Shown in pieces: positions 56,007-57,798 of a stretch of 57,798 nt of DNA. Source of the DNA: an uncultured archaeon. Lineage in GTDB: Archaea > Hadarchaeota > Hadarchaeia > Hadarchaeales > Hadarchaeaceae. The position numbers and the translations under genes were made by a program. Positions within the stretch are counted from its first letter, which is position 1. The number at the start of each line of letters is the position of its first letter. The DNA is taken from NCBI GenBank assembly GCA_937921735.1, contig CAKZTQ010000045.1, forward strand, positions 1 through 57,798. The letters run 5' to 3'. The notes under the pieces are model-generated. The model saw only the letters and a program-made list of their open reading frames with translations, ran no database searches and was not told the origin of the DNA.

Positions 56007-57365
56007 ATGGTGGAGACGAAGTTCCTGCTGGACGAGAACGAGATGCCAAAAAAATGGTACAACATCCAGGCGGACCTCCCCTCGCCGCTGGACCCGCCGA
56101 TAAACCCCGCGACCAAGGAGCCGGTGAAGCCGTCCGACTTGGAGCCGATCTTCCCGAAGGAGCTGATCAGGCAGGAGGTGAGCACGGAGAGGTGGATCCC
56201 GATACCAGAGGAGGTAAGGGAGGTCTACCGCCTGTGGAGGCCCACGCCACTTTATCGCGCGGTCAGGCTAGAGAGGGCCCTCAAGACCCCCGCGAGGATC
56301 TACTATAAATGGGAGGGCGTGAGCCCGCCCGGAAGCCACAAGCCGAACACCGCGGTGGCGCAGGCATATTACAACATGAAGGAGGGCGTGGCCAGGCTCA
56401 CCACCGAGACCGGCGCGGGGCAGTGGGGGAGCTCGCTCGCATTCGCCACCTGCCTGTTTGGGCTAAAATGCACCATCTACATGGTCAGGGTGAGCTACGA
56501 GCAAAAGCCATACCGACGCATCCTCATGGAAACTTGGGGGGCGGAGTGCGTGCCTAGCCCTAGCACCAGGACACAATTCGGGAGGAAGATGCTCGAGGCG
56601 GACCCCAACTGTCCAGGCAGCCTTGGAATAGCCATTTCGGAGGCGATCGAGGACGCGGCCACCCATGAGGACACGAAGTACTCGCTCGGAAGCGTGCTCA
56701 ACCACGTCCTGCTCCACCAGACCATCGTGGGGCTGGAGTGCAAGAAGCAATTCGAGATGGCGGGGGATTATCCCGACGTTATCTTCGGCTGCGTGGGGGG
56801 CGGGAGCAACTTCTCCGGCGCGTCCTTCCCGTTCCTCATGGACAAGCTGCGGGGAGAGCGTCCTGACTTGAGGGCGGTCGCCTGCGAGCCCAAAGCCTGC
56901 CCGACCTTGACGAAGGGACCTTATACGTACGACTACGGCGACACCGCCAGGATGACGCCCCTCCTCAAGATGTACACGCTGGGCCACGAGTTCATCCCGC
57001 CGCCCATCCACGCGGGCGGGCTCAGATACCACGGCGACGCCCCGCTCCTTTGCAAGTTGGTGAAGGAGGGCTACGTCGAGGCCGCTGCGTACCATCAAAA
57101 CGAGGTGTTCGAGGCCGCGACCCTATTCGCGCGGACGGAGGGCTTCCTCGTGGCGCCCGAGACGGCGCACTGCGTGAAGGCGGCGATAGACGAGGCCATA
57201 AGGTGCAGGCGGACGGGGGAGGAGAAGGTGATATTGTTCGCCAACAGCGGGCATGGGCACTTCGACCTGGCGGCGTACGATGCCTACCTGTCGGGCAGGC
57301 TCGTCGATTACGAGTATCCCGAGGAATTGGTCCGGCAGGCGTTGGCGAAGCTGCCCAAGATATAG
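56007..57365 (+). CDS. trpB2: Tryptophan synthase beta chain, TrpB2 type
   Basis: Motifs [27 protein letters not shown] and HAGGLRYHG. Confidence 0.96.
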   Translation: MVETKFLLDENEMPKKWYNIQADLPSPLDPPINPATKEPVKPSDLEPIFPKELIRQEVSTERWIPIPEEVREVYRLWRPTPLYRAVRLERALKTPARIYYKWEGVSPPGSHKPNTAVAQAYYNMKEGVARLTTETGAGQWGSSLAFATCLFGLKCTIYMVRVSYEQKPYRRILMETWGAECVPSPSTRTQFGRKMLEADPNCPGSLGIAISEAIEDAATHEDTKYSLGSVLNHVLLHQTIVGLECKKQFEMAGDYPDVIFGCVGGGSNFSGASFPFLMDKLRGERPDLRAVACEPKACPTLTKGPYTYDYGDTARMTPLLKMYTLGHEFIPPPIHAGGLRYHGDAPLLCKLVKEGYVEAAAYHQNEVFEAATLFARTEGFLVAPETAHCVKAAIDEAIRCRRTGEEKVILFANSGHGHFDLAAYDAYLSGRLVDYEYPEELVRQALAKLPKI

Positions 57366-57376
57366 GAGGTGAGGTC

Positions 57377-57607
57377 ATGCCCGTAGCGTTCGTGCTGATA
57401 AACGCCGAGGTCGGGAAGACGGGCGAGATATTAAAGGAGCTGCGAGGTATAGAGGGCATCGTGGAAGCCTACTCCGTCGCGGGTCCGTACGATATCATAG
57501 CTAAGTTGCAAGCGGACAAGTTCGAGAAGGTCGCCGAGGGGGTCACCAAGAAGCTCCACAAGATAGGCGGGATCAAGAACACCGTGACCCTGTTCGCCTT
57601 CGGATGA
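57377..57607 (+). CDS. Stand-alone Lrp/AsnC ligand-binding (RAM) domain protein
   Basis: AFVLINAEVG...EAYSVAGPYDIIAK...TVTL; no HTH. Confidence 0.9.
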   Translation: MPVAFVLINAEVGKTGEILKELRGIEGIVEAYSVAGPYDIIAKLQADKFEKVAEGVTKKLHKIGGIKNTVTLFAFG

Positions 57608-57616
57608 GGTTTGGAG

Positions 57617-57798
57617 ATGCCGGTAGCGTTCGTGCTGATAAACGCGGAGATCGGAAGGATAGACGACGTGCTGGATGAGTTGCTCGGGATCGACGAGGTG
57701 GTCGAGGCCTACTCCGTCGCGGGCCCTTACGCCATCCTCGCCAAGGTGGAGGCGGAGAGGTTCGAGAGGCTGACGGAGATCATCCCTGCGAAGATCCA
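57617..57798 (+). CDS. Second stand-alone RAM-domain protein (partial, runs off the window)
   Basis: MPVAFVLINAEIGRIDDVLDELLGIDEVVEAYSVAGPYAILAKVE; the 5' DNA is near-identical to the previous gene. Confidence 0.88.
   Translation, partial: MPVAFVLINAEIGRIDDVLDELLGIDEVVEAYSVAGPYAILAKVEAERFERLTEIIPAKI

Overview
Archaeal chromosomal segment. It carries a histone, gatE, Sec61beta, tsr3, mptD/mptE, the modified mevalonate pathway, cof/mer genes and TATA/BRE promoters. The gene content fits an anaerobic, probably thermophilic euryarchaeote-like lineage such as Hadarchaeota (inference only). The window opens on the trailer end of a CRISPR array (36-38 bp repeats ending ATTGAAAG; no cas genes in the window) and is otherwise mostly housekeeping and metabolic genes, plus one tRNA-Val(CAC). 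The most unusual observations are: (1) a single-domain TBP-fold gene directly behind the histone gene; (2) four 16-bp parS-like palindromes (TGACAYACGTRTGTCR) in two duplicated pairs between mptD and mptE, near a DsrC-like HTH/Zn-finger/Val-Glu-Pro repeat gene; (3) a solitary CRISPR repeat about 29.6 kb from the array, abutting a stop codon; (4) a folP + CofE-paralog + gcvT + Mer/F420 + split MetE set suggesting an F420-driven folate C1 route; (5) a hidden 22-aa Cys-rich ORF in front of a radical SAM/SPASM gene; (6) a Re-citrate-synthase-like/LeuCD-type aconitase/IDH operon; (7) reciprocally decayed preA and nitroreductase copies at two loci. All protein calls come from motif recognition by eye; no database search was run.
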